In this document: one piece after another, positions 41,601 to 55,200 of the stretch
How positions within the stretch are numbered: the first letter of the stretch is position 1
Layout: every line of letters begins with the position of its first letter
Assembly: GCA_051294375.1 (NCBI GenBank)
Contig: CM119266.1
Coordinates: 4,951,770 to 5,015,769 of the forward strand
Length of the DNA: 64,000 bases
Direction of reading: 5' to 3'
Origin: Paraspadella gotoi
Taxonomy: Eukaryota > Animalia > Chaetognatha
The notes under the pieces: generated by a model
Databases searched by the model: none
What the model was told of the DNA's origin: nothing
Seen by the model: only the letters and a program-made list of their open reading frames with translations
Program-made: the position numbers and the translations under genes

Positions 41601-44600
41601 CGTATTTGGCTTAAAAAGTTTGAATCTTTAGAATTCAATGAATTCGAGGCGAAATGCGCCTCCCATCTCGTTCTGAGTGGGAATTTGACGTATTACTAAT
41701 CTCGAAGGAATGGACAAAAGCGACAGACTCACTCAAGATTACATTCTCTCTTTTTTCAAGAACCGAGGCGAATGCCAAATGTTTCTATGGTCCTTTTTAT
41801 TAGCAGAAAACATTTAACCGGTGAAATACTTGCTGATTCTTATTTTATCATTGAAAAGCTAATTGACGATCACCCTACGGATTTTTTGTATAAGTTATCT
41901 TCCAAAAAAAAGAAGAAGAAAAATATCTTCTTCCAAAAAATTATTTAGTAACAAAGTCTCATCTTCCAAAAACTCAGAACGTTAAGGACATATTTCAAAT
42001 CCCCATCTCTACAAAAAACGATCGCACACAACAATTTTCAATTCCGTTTATATTTCGTATCAACTCAATTCAAAAACTTCCGGTTCGAAAAAAAATTCTC
42101 GTCAAAAAGTGAGGAAAGAGTTCGACGCTGACGACATCGAAGACGCCAAGAAATCTTGTGTCGAGAAACTGGGTATAGTTTCTCAGCGCGAGATGGAAAG
42201 GGTCGAAAAAGATGCTCGGCTGAAGACATCGTCGACATCTTCGTCAAATCCCACGAAAGATGCTCGCTTTGCCGATCTTCGCTGTCACCGACAGAATGCC
42301 AAACAGTTCCGATGTTGACAGACGGATCGTGCGGCAACAGCAAGAGACTCCGGATGAAGGAAGAGCGGGTCGATGATTTGAGGGTGGTCCGAGATCCTTA
42401 CCTGATTCACAAATGCCTTCAACTTTAGTTGTCCCTTCTTCTGATAAAACAAATCAAAAACTTTGAGGCTCGAAAGAAAAGTCGGAAATTCCGTGAAACA
42501 TCGCGTGGAACCGATCAGATTCAGAAAGAAGTTTCACGATAGAAAAGTTTAACAACCCAGCAAGACTTTCTCGCGGAAGCCAAAGTTCAGCGATTGACGA
42601 GTGTGAGCGGAAATTGAGACTCACAAAGTTGAGTGAATCGTTCTTCGATTTAGAGACCTTTTCGAAGAAACTCTGAAAGTTCGATTTGGGTCCGAGGCGT
42701 CCACCTGACGGTCAAGGGTTCGTCGTCTATGACCGAATGAGGAACCAATGGAGAAAAGGCACCGACTTCTTGGAACATAATTGACTCTTGAATCTTACTT
42801 AATCTTAATCTTATTTGGCTCAAGTGGAAGCGACTTTATTCGTAAAATTATCCTTTTCGTTGTTTTTCGTAATTTTACGTTGTCTCTACTGTAAAATGCA
42901 AGTAAATACCACTAAACTTTAGATTCTCTCTTTAGTGAAAAGTTTGAATTAGATTCTCTCTTTGACTATTGGTGATGGTTAAAAATCATATATGTAAATA
43001 ACATTCCTTTTTTTCTTCACATTATTTTTATTTTCTTTGTGTCACAATAGTAATTTATATACGCAGGTAGCTTAATATCAAAAGAAAAAAATCAAAAAAA
43101 ACAATAGTTACAAACAAAGCCTCCATTTAAGCCTAAAGAAATAATTTAGAATCTTTAAACTATAATTGCTGATTCCTTGAAATTGTCCTATAGTATAAAA
43201 TCTCTTTAGTCCATTTGTTCATAAACTGATTTCGGATTCGTGAATCGAATCTTCGTCGTCGTCATCATCGTCGTCCCTTCGATCCGATCGATCGTTTTGT
43301 CGCTCAAACGGATTCCCGTGCAGATCCAACTCCTTGTAAACAAATGAACAGTCCTTAAATATTAGTCATTGGTTTCATTAATTTTTTTAAAATCTGCCCA
43401 AAAAACCGACTCCCTCGTTAAATGCAACTCTTTAACGAGGCGAGATAACAAATCGTTCAGTCGAGTCATGGTTACATATATACATATATTATTTATAAAA
43501 TATTACTGAGGTTAAGCTCTTAAAAAGACATTTTGACGGTTTTTTTAGGTATTTTTCCGTTTGCTCTCGGAATCCAGCACGTGGTTCTCTCTCTCTCTCT
43601 CTCTCGTCTCTCTCTCAATCATGATTACGTGTCTTTATTCTTAGCTAATCTCCTTTCTGCCACCGACCTTTATTCAATTGTTTTCGGGGTGGCTGCGTGA
43701 ATCTGATCCAGGTTTACTTGCGGTAAAAAACTTAAGTCTCTAATTAAAAAGGCCAGTTAATAATTTCGTAAGTGTCAAGAAAAGTATTTTTACCATTTTC
43801 ATGAAAAAAAATTCTGAATCACACTTGTCATTTTCTAGTATTTCTATATTTTGTGAAATGAACCACATCAGCATTAGTCCGGATTCCCGTTACTGTCGAC
43901 CGTGATTCGCTATCCTCTTTTCGTGACACCCTTCCTGTCACGCTCTCCCACGACGTGACACTCTACCCTCCACTTTAAATCTTGACACACTCGCCTCGAG
44001 CCACGTCGCTTGTCTCGTCGATTCGACGTCGAAATCTCGAATTTTGTTGTCGAGAAAAAGAATTCGTCGTAGCGAAGGAATTTGGAACAAAAGGCGCGGG
44101 AAAATGGAGAAACTGGCGGGAAACAAAAGGGAAAATGGAGAAACTGGCGAGCAACAAAAGGGAAAATGGAGAAACTGGCGGGAAACAAAAGGGAAAATGG
44201 AGAAATTAATGGGAGAAATTTTATGGGAGAAATTTAATGGGAGGAATTTAATGGGAGATCAAAATGGAAAAAGGGAGAAACTTAAAGTGAATAACTTAAT
44301 AACTTAAAAAATTGGAATTTAGGGAAATATTTTAAAGAAAACGGAAAATAGAGAGTGAGAGACAGAGAGAGAGAGAGGAGAGAATCATAAATAATGATAA
44401 GGATAATAAAATTATTATTTGGAGGAAGACTCTTTGGATCATTCGTCTATGCGTCATATAAAATAAGTTAAAACTTAAAACATATTTAAATTAAACGATT
44501 ATGAACACTTTTATATTGTTTTGCCAGACTGACTTTGGCTCCGTAACGAGTTAAATGAGTTCAGTTAAATGGCATTTACTGTTTTCATTTAAATTCAACA

Positions 44601-44684
44601 TTAATTTTACTGATTTTCCAGGACAAAGAGTTGTCTAACTTTCACAGTGACCTTCTAAGCGAGAGAGATAGAAAAAGAGAAAGG

Positions 44685-44735
<51 letters not shown>

Positions 44736-47700
44736 ATGAGGCGATGATTAAGGGGCGGAAACGACAACCGGAAATGAATGGAAATAAGATAAGGAAAAGA
44801 GAGAAGAAAAAAGAAAGAAAAAAAAGGGAAAAAAAGTAAACAAAGGCAGCGATTGTAGCCCTCGCGTTCAATCGTGATCTTTTTTTTCGTTTTTTTTTGT
44901 TTACTATTTACGGAAAAAAGGGAATCTTTTCGCTTGTGTGTGAAGATTTGAAGATTTCAAGATTAAAAATAGAAATAAAAACTTTTTTTTCTTTTGTTGT
45001 TTACGAAAATTTACAATTTTTTTGCCAAAAGAGAGAAAAAAGTATCGAACGAAGAGGTTCCTTTATTTTTCCTTTATTTTTCCTTAATTTTTCCTTATCC
45101 ATCGCCCCTCACCCCCTTTTTCCCCCCACCCCAATAATCTTGACATTTTTTAAACCGCTCCCCCTCCCTTCTTTCTGCTCATTCATTTCCAATTCAAACA
45201 GGACCTCCGTCTAAATTCAAGAACACCCCCATTTTTAAAAATTCAAGAACACCCCCATTTTTAAAAATTTAAAGAATACCCTCGTCTCGGATTAAGATCA
45301 TCCTCCCCCTTGGCCGCTCTCATCTCAAAAATACAAAAACAAACTCACCTTATCTTTATTTTCTTTGGCTTCACTACTTCACTACCTCAACACCCAACGC
45401 TCTCTCATGGACCACCCCCATTTCCCGTAATCTTGCGGTTTATTTATATTTCCCCTTCGCGCCGTTAATTCTAATGAGGGAGAAGAGGGGGGGAGTATTT
45501 CCCGGATGCGATTCCCCTGCAGCGCCTCCGGCCGCAGACTCCGCCGCCGCCGCCGCTCTCCTGCCGCAGCTGACTCACTTGTTCTTGGAAATGTCGATCA
45601 GTTTGAGACGAGAAAATCTCTCGAAGGTCGAAGGGAGATTCGTCAGTCGATTCGCCGAGACTCTCAATTCTTCCAGTCCGCCGAACTGAGAGAGAGAAAA
45701 GGAAGGAAACTGTCTCTGTCTCTCTCTCTCTCTGTCGAGTTGACAGGTTTTCTCGTCCTTGGTCATTCGAGCCTCGAGTCTCAAGACCGCCCTCCCCCCC
45801 ACAAACGCGCGTTCGGATCTGAGATCGCGTTTATATTCCGTCGCGCGTCTCACGAGTTTTGTTTACATTCGAGGGACAAACGAGAAAAAAAAACAAAAGA
45901 CAACGGGAAGGAAACCAGATTCGAAACGAGGCTCTCTCTATCTTGAAGGGTGACACCTGTTGGGATTTCGGGGGCGTTACGGAAATACAGGGGGTTTTTA
46001 AAGATTGTTCGTTTATATTGATTTTATTTATTACTAGTCATCTGTAGGTGTTTATTTTAACCGAACGAGTAGAGAAATTTACGATTGATCCTTGAATTAA
46101 TTAATTTTCCACAAAAAAGTCAATCTATTGCCACCCACTTTAGAATGCAACCTCTTCCACACCCTTTCCTCTTCCACGTCCCCTTTCCTCTTACACATCC
46201 CCCCTTTCCCTCTTCCACATCCCCCTCACCGACGCCAACATCGGCAACGCCTCCGGAAGTCGCTCCATCGCGTTGTCGCTGGCGTCGAGTCGCGTCACCG
46301 TCGTCATGACGACCGCTTCGATCGGCAGAGCGGCGAGTCGGCAGGAAGATAGATCGAGCCGGCCGTTGGACGTCTGGGAATATGGGGGGTAGGAGGACGT
46401 GGGGGGTAGGAGGACGTGGGGGGGGGTGGGAATTTAGGGGGTCAGAAGGTGCGGGTTGCGCCAGGGCGGGGTTCATGGTGACGGCCCCATCAAGAAAAAT
46501 ACGACTATATTTGGACTCACCATGTTAGTACTTTTGATATTTCTTGTTTCTTATTCAGCTGGTAGGATGGAAATTCATTTTATTTAACATTAAGCCTAAT
46601 TATATAACTATTTAAACCTTTCACCCATTTATACTAATAGTTGACTTATTTTGCCTTTCGAGGAGGAAACCCGAGGGTTCAGGGTCCGGTACCGGCGAGT
46701 AAGAGTTACCCGTCGAAAGATTTACCGGGCGGCGTTTTGGAAAGAGAGAAGAGAGAAGAGAGAAAAAGATTTATGATTTCGCTTCTGTTATTCGTTCGTT
46801 GAAAAGGAGAACCTAGGAAATTCAGGAATTTGGCCAAGGTTGTTTAAAAAGTGATAAAAATTTATGTAATGGAAAAGATAAAAAAAAAACTTATTGCATT
46901 AATATATTTGTAAAAAATGATAAAATTTTTTTAATTAATTTAATTTAAATTAAATTAGTAAGTTAGTAATTGAAAGGAGTTAAAAAGAATACCCGAGCCG
47001 TTATAAGCCATTATAAACGTATCAAATATACATACATTCATTTATACCAAAAACAAAAGTACATCGATTTGACTTAAAAAAGATTGGAGACCTGACTCTG
47101 TCTCAGTCGCGCCGCCAATTTCTTCATCTGATCCGCGATCGTCGCCGCTTTATCGCTCAATCTCTGCTCCGTCAAAAGCTGAATGAATAAGGGGGGAAAT
47201 GAATGAATGAATAGAGGAAATGAATGAATGGCGGAGAATGAGCTAATGAATGCCGGGGAACAACGACCATCATTTTGAGACGGAGACAAAGAAAAGTCTT
47301 CACAAGGGGTAGACCTCTTTCCTGTGTCGTTTTGTTTTCCTTAAAAACAGTTTTTAAAACAGAAAAAAAAAAAAAGAATAAAAAAAGAAAAAAACTTTCC
47401 CTCACGCCCTCTTTCGTCACCCGAATTAATCGATCCCGCGGTGCGACGTCCGCCGTTAAAGATGAGCCTCTGATTGGTCCAAAATTTCCATTCGTCGGGC
47501 CTCTGATTGGTCGATAATTTCTTGAGGTCGTCGATCTGATTGGTCGAACATCTCCGTTCGTCGCGACTCCTGATTGCTCGGATATTTTAACGATTAATCA
47601 ATAACGTCGAGAGGTAGATTAAGAACGCCGACAGGAATCTTTTTTTTTTACATTTTTTGACGTCAGCGTCGAAAAAAAAACCCCGACGTCCTTGACAGAG

Positions 47701-50700
47701 GCCGTGTGTGTGTGGGGGGAGGGGTGGGGGCGGTGAAAGGTGTGTGTGCGCATGCGTAAGCCTTTTGTTCGATGTTCATGAATAATTTGAATATGAATCG
47801 AGATCGAGATGAATATAAATGGGGAAAGACTCGAGGAAATCCACGTTATCACCAGAAGGCGGGGGTAGTGTTGGGGGGAAAGACGTTCGTACCTCTTAAG
47901 GAGCTTGAAAAGGCGGTCATGGGCGGGTCGATGCCATCGTCGCTCGATGCCATTTCCGCGGCGCCGTTGTTTCGATTTCTCGCGCACCGAACTTCGGCGT
48001 TGAGATCCGAAACGGCGCCGAGAATTTCGCCGGCGATGGATTCTCCGTCCGGCGCCGGAAGACGTCGTACTGCCGATTGTAAATTCGTAGAGACAATTGT
48101 TAATAAATGTTACCATTGAAAGCTTGCGGTGTTTCGCTATGAAATTTTTTCCTTCATTTTGAAAATAAATATGCAATCTTTTCTCCAGTTGTTGCACATG
48201 GATAAGTTTTCTTGGACGACGATGCGCCAAACGGTGACGTCTAGCGGCGGCGTTCAACGCCAACCGGACGCCATTTTTAAAATTCCTTTCGTATTATTGA
48301 CCAACGCGCTTCCGGTCGGCCACGTCTTTTCTCTGACCTTGATGCATTAATCTTTTTTCAATGCGAGACTAAAGTCAATGGCTCTTCTCTCTCTCGTTCG
48401 TTCATTCGTTCGTTCCTTCGTTCCTTCCTTCCTTCCTTCCTTCCTTCCTTCCTTCCTTCCTTCGCCAAACATTTCACATCTGTTTCCAACTAAAATTATT
48501 TAGTTTGGTCCAAAATTTTATTAACAATGAAATTCTGATAATTCTTTAATTAAATTAATATCTATATCCACTCTATTAACCCTTTAACCCTATCACAATT
48601 TTCGCCACGCCCCCCTCTCCCGCAACTCGCCTCGAGCCTCGTTTCCGTTTCCGCGCGAAACTTCAAACTCAAAGTCACGAAATCCACTCATTTTTTCTTC
48701 GCTTTTTTTTTCTCTCTTTTCGCGTCTCTTGACGAAAGCGAAAGAGAGAAGCGCTCGAGCGGGAGAATGATAGGAGGAGGGGCAGGAGGGAAGAAGTGGA
48801 GAATTGAGAGGAGGGGGGGGGGGAGAGAGAGAAGGGAGAATTGAGAGGAGGGGGTGGGGGGGAGAGAGAGAGGGGTGAATTGAGAAGAGGGGGCGGGGGG
48901 AGAAGGTAGAAAGAGGGTGGGTGAATGTTTGATAGTATTAAACGCTTTCACGTTGTTAACTTGAAAATGAAAAATGTGGGATGAAGTGAAATGATTTAAG
49001 TAGTTGAATATTTAAGTAGTGAATGATTAAGTAGTGAAATGATTTAAGTAGTGAATGATTTAAGTAGTGAATGATTTAAGTTAGTGAATGATTTAAGTAG
49101 TGAATGATTTAAGTAGTGAATGATTTAGTTAGTGAATGATTTAGTAGTGAATGAATTTATAAGTAGTGAAGATTTAAGTAGTGAATGATTTAAGTAGTGA
49201 ATGATTTAAGTAGTGAATGATTAAGTAGTGAATGATTAACGTAGTGAGATGATTTAAGTAGTGAATGATTTAAGTAGTGAATGATTTAAGTAGTGATATG
49301 AGTAGTGATGATTTAGTAGTGAATGATTTAAGTAGTGAATAATAGAAGTAGTGAATGATTAAGTGAGTGACATGATTTAAGTAGTGATGATTTAAGTAGT
49401 GAATGATTGAAGTAGTGAATGATTTAAGTAGTGAATGATTTAAGTAGTGAATAATAGAAGTAGCGAATGATAGAAATAGTTAATCGTAGTAGTAAATGTT
49501 AAAAATGGTGGAACGAGAGAGAGAAGTGAGGGAACGAGGAAAGAAATCTTAAAGTGGAAAGCGTGAGAAAGAAAGAAAAGTCAAAAGGAAAAAAACGGAA
49601 AACTTTTTTCCTTTTTTTTTGTTTTTCTTTTTTCTTCATTCGATGAAAAAAGTTTACGCAAAATTGATTTTCAATGATGACGTCGACGGCGAAGCTTAAG
49701 AAAATGTTTTCTCTGTCAATGCGACGATTCGGTGAATGAAAAAGAAAAGAAAAGAGAAGAAAGAGGAATGAATAAAGAGAAGATAGCGAAGAAAAGAGAA
49801 GACAAAAGAAACAGGAAGAGAGAGGAAAGAGAAGAGAGAAAATAGAGAGGAAAGAAAAAAAAAGCAAAGAGAGAATAGCAGGGAGCAAAGAAAAGAGAAG
49901 AGAAAAAATAGAGAGGAAGAAAGAGAAAAAGAGATTAGAAGAGAAGAAAAGATAGAAAAAAGGACAGTAGAGTGGAAAGAGAAGTAGGTAAGTATAGAGA
50001 GGAAAGATTAAAAAAAGGAGAGAAACATCTATTTACTGATGGTGAGATGATGAACTGAGAGAAGTAAAGCGATTTCGCAATTTCATACTCGAGGAATATC
50101 ACTTATAACGAGCTACGACTTTAAAGAGGTACTCGTACAAAAAACTCTTTTTTTTTACTCCAGCTCTCGAAAAAAAAATCGATAAGTCGTTTGAAACGAA
50201 AGATTATAGTATCATAAATGTCCGGCTTAAGAGTTTAATTACACTAGTAATCGATGTAAACAAAAAATATTTTCGAGTTTAGCAACAAAGATCGAAAAAC
50301 ACAGATGTAACGCTGTACGATCCGCATTTAAGCTCTGCAGCGCCGTATCTAAACGTGCGGCGCCGCTTTGTTTTCTATACAGCGCCGCACTAAATTGCGC
50401 GGTCCAGCGCGAGAACTCGCTCGCGCTCTCTCTCTCTCTCTCTNNNNNNNNNNNNNNNNNNNNNNNNNCTAAGTAGTGAATAATAGAGTAGCGAATGATA
50501 GAAATAGTTATCGTAGTAGTAAATGTTAAAAAATGGTGGACGAGAGAGAGAAGTGAGGGAACGAGGAAAGAAATCTAAAGTGAAAGCGTGAGAAAGAAAG
50601 AAAAGTAAAAGGAAAAAAAGGAAAACTTTTTTTCCTTTTTTTTTGTTTTCTTTTTTTTTCTTCATTCGATGAAAAAAGTTTACGCAAAATGATTTTCAAT

Positions 50701-51457
50701 GATGACGTCGACGGCGAAGCTAAGAAAATGTTTTCTCTGTCAATGCGACGATTCGGTGAATGAAAAAGAAAAGAAAAGAGAAGAAAGAGGAATGAATAAA
50801 GGAAGAACGAAGAAAAGAGAAGCAAAAGAAAACAGGAAGAGAGAGGAAGAGAAGAGAGAAATAGAGAGGAAAGAAAAAAAAAAGGCAAAGAGAGAATAGC
50901 AGGGAGCAAAGAAAAGAAAGAGAAAAATAGAGAGGAAGAAAGAGAAAAAGAGATTAAGAGAGAGAAAAGATAGAAAAAAGGACAGTAGAGTGGAGAAGAG
51001 TAGGTAAGTAAGAGAGGAAAGATTAAAAAAAGGAGAGAAACATCTATTTACTGATGGTGAGATGATGAACTGAGAGAAGTAAAAAGCGATTTCGCAATTT
51101 CATACTCGAGATATAACTATAACGAGCGACGACTTTAAAGAGGTACTCGACAAAAAACTCTTTTTTTTTACTCCAGCTCTCGAAAAAAAAATCGATAAGT
51201 CGTTTGAAAACGAAAGATTATAGTATCATAAATGTCCGGCTTAAGAGTTTAATTACACTAGTAATCGATGTAACAAAAAATTTTCTGAGTTTTAGCAACA
51301 AAGATCGAAAAACACAGATGTTAACGCTGTACGATCGCATTTAAGCTCTGCAGCGCCGTATCTAAACGTCGGCGCCGCTTTGTTTTCTATACAGCGCCGC
51401 ACTAAATTGCGCGGTCCAGCGCGAGAACTCGCTCGCGCTCTCTCTCTCTCTCTCTCT

Positions 51458-51513
<56 letters not shown>

Positions 51514-51992
51514 CCTCTCTCTCTCCCCCAAAGCCGACGATCGAAGCAAAAATCAGGGATTTTCGCTTCGGCGATCGCGCCCCATCCTTGGCCGACGATT
51601 AAGACGACAATCTGACCGACACTCGAACCGACACTCCGACCTACACTCCGACCTACACTCCGACGACACTTCTACCTACAGTTTTACCTACACTAAGACC
51701 AACACTCCAGCCGACACTCAGATATTCTGAAATTCACTCAACCGACCACTCCGACCGACCACTCCACGCTCTCTCCGACCGACCACTCCTACCAACACTC
51801 CGACCGAACACTCCTACCAACCACTCCGACGACACACTCCTACCAAACCCACTCCGAACCGAACACTCCTACCAAACCACTCCGACCGATCACTCCTACC
51901 TACACTCCAGCTCCGCCTTCTCTCTTCATAGATCGTTAGCTCGATTGTTATTCAAGATCTTTGCTTTCGTAAGCGTTTTGCTCGATCGAGGC

Positions 51993-52026
<34 letters not shown>

Positions 52027-52210
52027 GTAAACAAAGAGTGAAAAAACCCTTTAGTTTCTGCCATGAAAAAAATAAGAGAAAATGATGGCAGTTGTAAAAA
52101 AAAAGGAAAAAAGAAAAAAAATCGACATAAATGATGAAGATGAATGATGAGGCTTTGGCTCCTGTTCTCTCTCGCTCTCTCTCTCTTCCCTTTCTCCTCT
52201 TTTCCATTTT

Positions 52211-52275
<65 letters not shown>

Positions 52276-55200
52276 CATTCAGTCTTTCCTTTTTTTCCCC
52301 TCTCTCTCTACCCTCTAAAATTTTTGCAAATTCTACTAAAAAGTCTGTTCCTTTCAATTTCAATTATATACAGATACTTAAGCCGTTAATATGACTATCA
52401 TTATAACTTTAGATATTTCAAATATTTATTTACCGAGATTTAAACTTATAATGATTTTGTTAGCGACATTATTTTCCACGCTAAAAAGTTAAAACGTTAG
52501 TTAGAACGTACAAAATGAGTAACTAATTAAAAGTATAGATATTGTTAAAACGGGTCAACAATTAATCGCTCGTTTCATATGAAAGAGTTCCATTACAATT
52601 CAATATTCCCTCCACCCCCTTCCCCCTCTACCCAACCTCTTACCCCTCTATCCACACTCCCTCTATCCACACCCACTATCCAAAACCGACCACAGCTATC
52701 CGCTCTGGCGACTACTACATGTTCGAGGATGACTCGGACGTGGAGGAGGAAGATCTGCAGCTGAGGACGACGCCCGAGGCTGGAGAGGGAGAAGGGGAGG
52801 AGAAAGGAGGGAAGAAGCTTGGCCCGTTGCAGGTGAGAAGGGGTGGGGGGAGCCGTGAAGGTCGGTCGGGAGTCCAGGACGAGGATCCTGTTTTTTTTTC
52901 TGTATTTATAATTATATTAAGCGTTTGGTGAAGTGTATTTATTTAGCATGCCGTGGATATTCGCAGTTCGGATCGGTACTGATTGAAAAATCTTTATTGG
53001 GCTTTTTAATTTTAAGGCTTAAGCTTTGAAGATAACCCTTTTAAGTTTTAACTACGAAATTTAGAGATGAAACGAAAAATTCGTTGTAATAGCAATTTTA
53101 TTTTTATTAATGTACATGTTTCGACTCTTAGTTTTTGCGAGTCTTCATCAGCAAGTGAATTCAATAGACCAAAAATTTTTAACATTAGTTTGAGAGAGAT
53201 TTTTATATTTTTATATTTTTATATTTTTATATGGAGGACTATGAGGTGGAAGCTTTGGAATCTTTTTCGATCCCTGCATGGGGCAGATCAGTCTCTTCTG
53301 GTATCGGAAAGCAGACGATACCATCCTGGCCGTGCGCAAAGATCTCATTGAGACATTATTGACACACCTGAATGGCTTAGAAGCTAGCATCAAGTGACAT
53401 TGAAAAAGGGTGAATGGTCAAATTCAATGCTCGATTGCTTATAAAGCGCAAAGAGGGCGGCTCATTGAATTTTCAATATATCGCAAACCGACCCACACTG
53501 ACCAGTATATTCCCTTTGATTCCATGCTCCCTTGTCGCATAAGTGGCCACGGTCAGGTCCCTTACCAGGAGAGCTCAGCTGATTCCGTCGACCCCGAGCT
53601 TCAGGTCGCCGAGCTTGAGCATATCAAAAGAGCCCTGGCGATCAATGGTTACCCTCTGTGGGCGTTCGAGAAGGCCAGGTTTCGGCAGAACTTGGCTGAG
53701 GACAGTGGCCACCAAGGGCTGTCCAAGTAACCGCTGACGCAAGTTCAATCTCCACCCCCCAGGAGGGCGAACGAGACCTTGCTGTTGAAGGACCGACCGC
53801 GCCCACCACAGCGCAAGTGGGAGATAGACAGAAGCGTCTCAAGAACGTGGGTCCATTGTCCTCCCCTACCACCAGGGGATCACTGAATCATTGTGCGGGT
53901 GCTGGCAAAGCAGGGATCTCCAGTTCAGTGACGACCCGCGGCTCTTTACGTGAGCAATTGGTGAAACCGAAAGACAAAATCCCCAGACCGAAAACATCAG
54001 GAGCCGTCTATTGGGCGGCCTGTGCAGGAGCGGGCAACCAACCCTGCACAGCAGCATACGTGGGCGAGACAGGAAAGTCTCTATCAGATAGGTTCCAACA
54101 ACATATCAAGCCTATCGCGACTCTGAGGGCACTATCTGTCGGCAGTTGCAGAACACGCAACAACTATGGGACATCTGTTCAGAGAAGAAGACTGTCTCGT
54201 GCTGTCCCATGACCAAAACTGGTTCTCAAGAGGTATTAGAGAGGCAATTTACATCAAGGCACTCGAACCCTCTTTGAACCGTGATGGAGGACGATTCGAA
54301 CTCCCTCCAAGCTTATGATTCGTTATCAAACTGTGGTGGAGCACCCAACGCCACCTCAGCGCACGTGTATTCCCCTGTCCTCACTCAACGGGTCAGGCGG
54401 AGGCCTCTCAGCAGGCAATGGACGTCCGATGCCTCAACCGAGCTTGCAGCAACTTGGCGCGACTCTTCTCGTGCTGAGCGTCGCCCAAACGACAGCTACA
54501 AGGAGGGAGAGGAGTCTGTATCACCTGTCCCCAAACAGGCCCGAACAGGCAATCGCCCACCTCACTGTCAGGTGAGAGAGGGCCTTCGGCAGGCCTATCA
54601 GGTCAGAGAGATATTCGAGTGGCACTAGGCATTTTTCCAGCCGGATCATTACCAGATCCAGCCCTGTCCCATTCCACCACAATATCATCTCAGCCTATGA
54701 CAGGCCAATGACCCGACTACATCGTTAACGTCCACATTTGCCCGGCTGGGGGGGGCAGCTCATTTTTGAGCTCTTTTTTCTTACCTTACTATTTCACTTA
54801 TCTTTAACTTATCTATCCCTCATCACTTATTCTTCTATTTCATTTTCTCTTACTAACAATCATCAGCTAACAATTAATTATTATTACTTTTGTTAAATAT
54901 TTAGTTTTCTTAAAAAATTTTTCACTGTTGTACATTGCCTAATGTATTGATCCCTGTGTGTCTCTCTCTCTCTCTCTCTCTCTTCTTTTTCTTTCACCAA
55001 TTTCAAAAAATCATTTACTCTCTCTTTCTCCTACTTTCACCTGTCCTCACATCTGACCACTATCCTTGCTCAATTCTTTGTTGGAAACTCTCTCTCTCTC
55101 TCTTCTCTCTCTCTCTCAAACTAATGTTAAAATTATTTTGGTCTATTGAATTCACTTGTGATGAAGACTCGCAAAAACTAAGAGTCGAAACATGTACATT

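Larger units (their letters stand above)
32808..43852. repeat. ~5.5-kb tandem duplication (32808-38545 vs 38571-43852) joined by an N-gap
   Basis: Co-linear near-identical sequence; the junction is exactly the 25-N gap. Confidence 0.95.

Noticed and set aside
47619-48263. 214-aa minus-strand and 115-aa plus-strand ORFs as separate genes
   Set aside because: They overlap the likely 5' exon of the LRR gene in another frame or strand, and show no recognisable motifs.
49440-51445. 1-kb tandem duplication as a biological event
   Set aside because: The copies abut an N-gap and differ mainly by 1-nt indels, typical of a scaffolding overlap.
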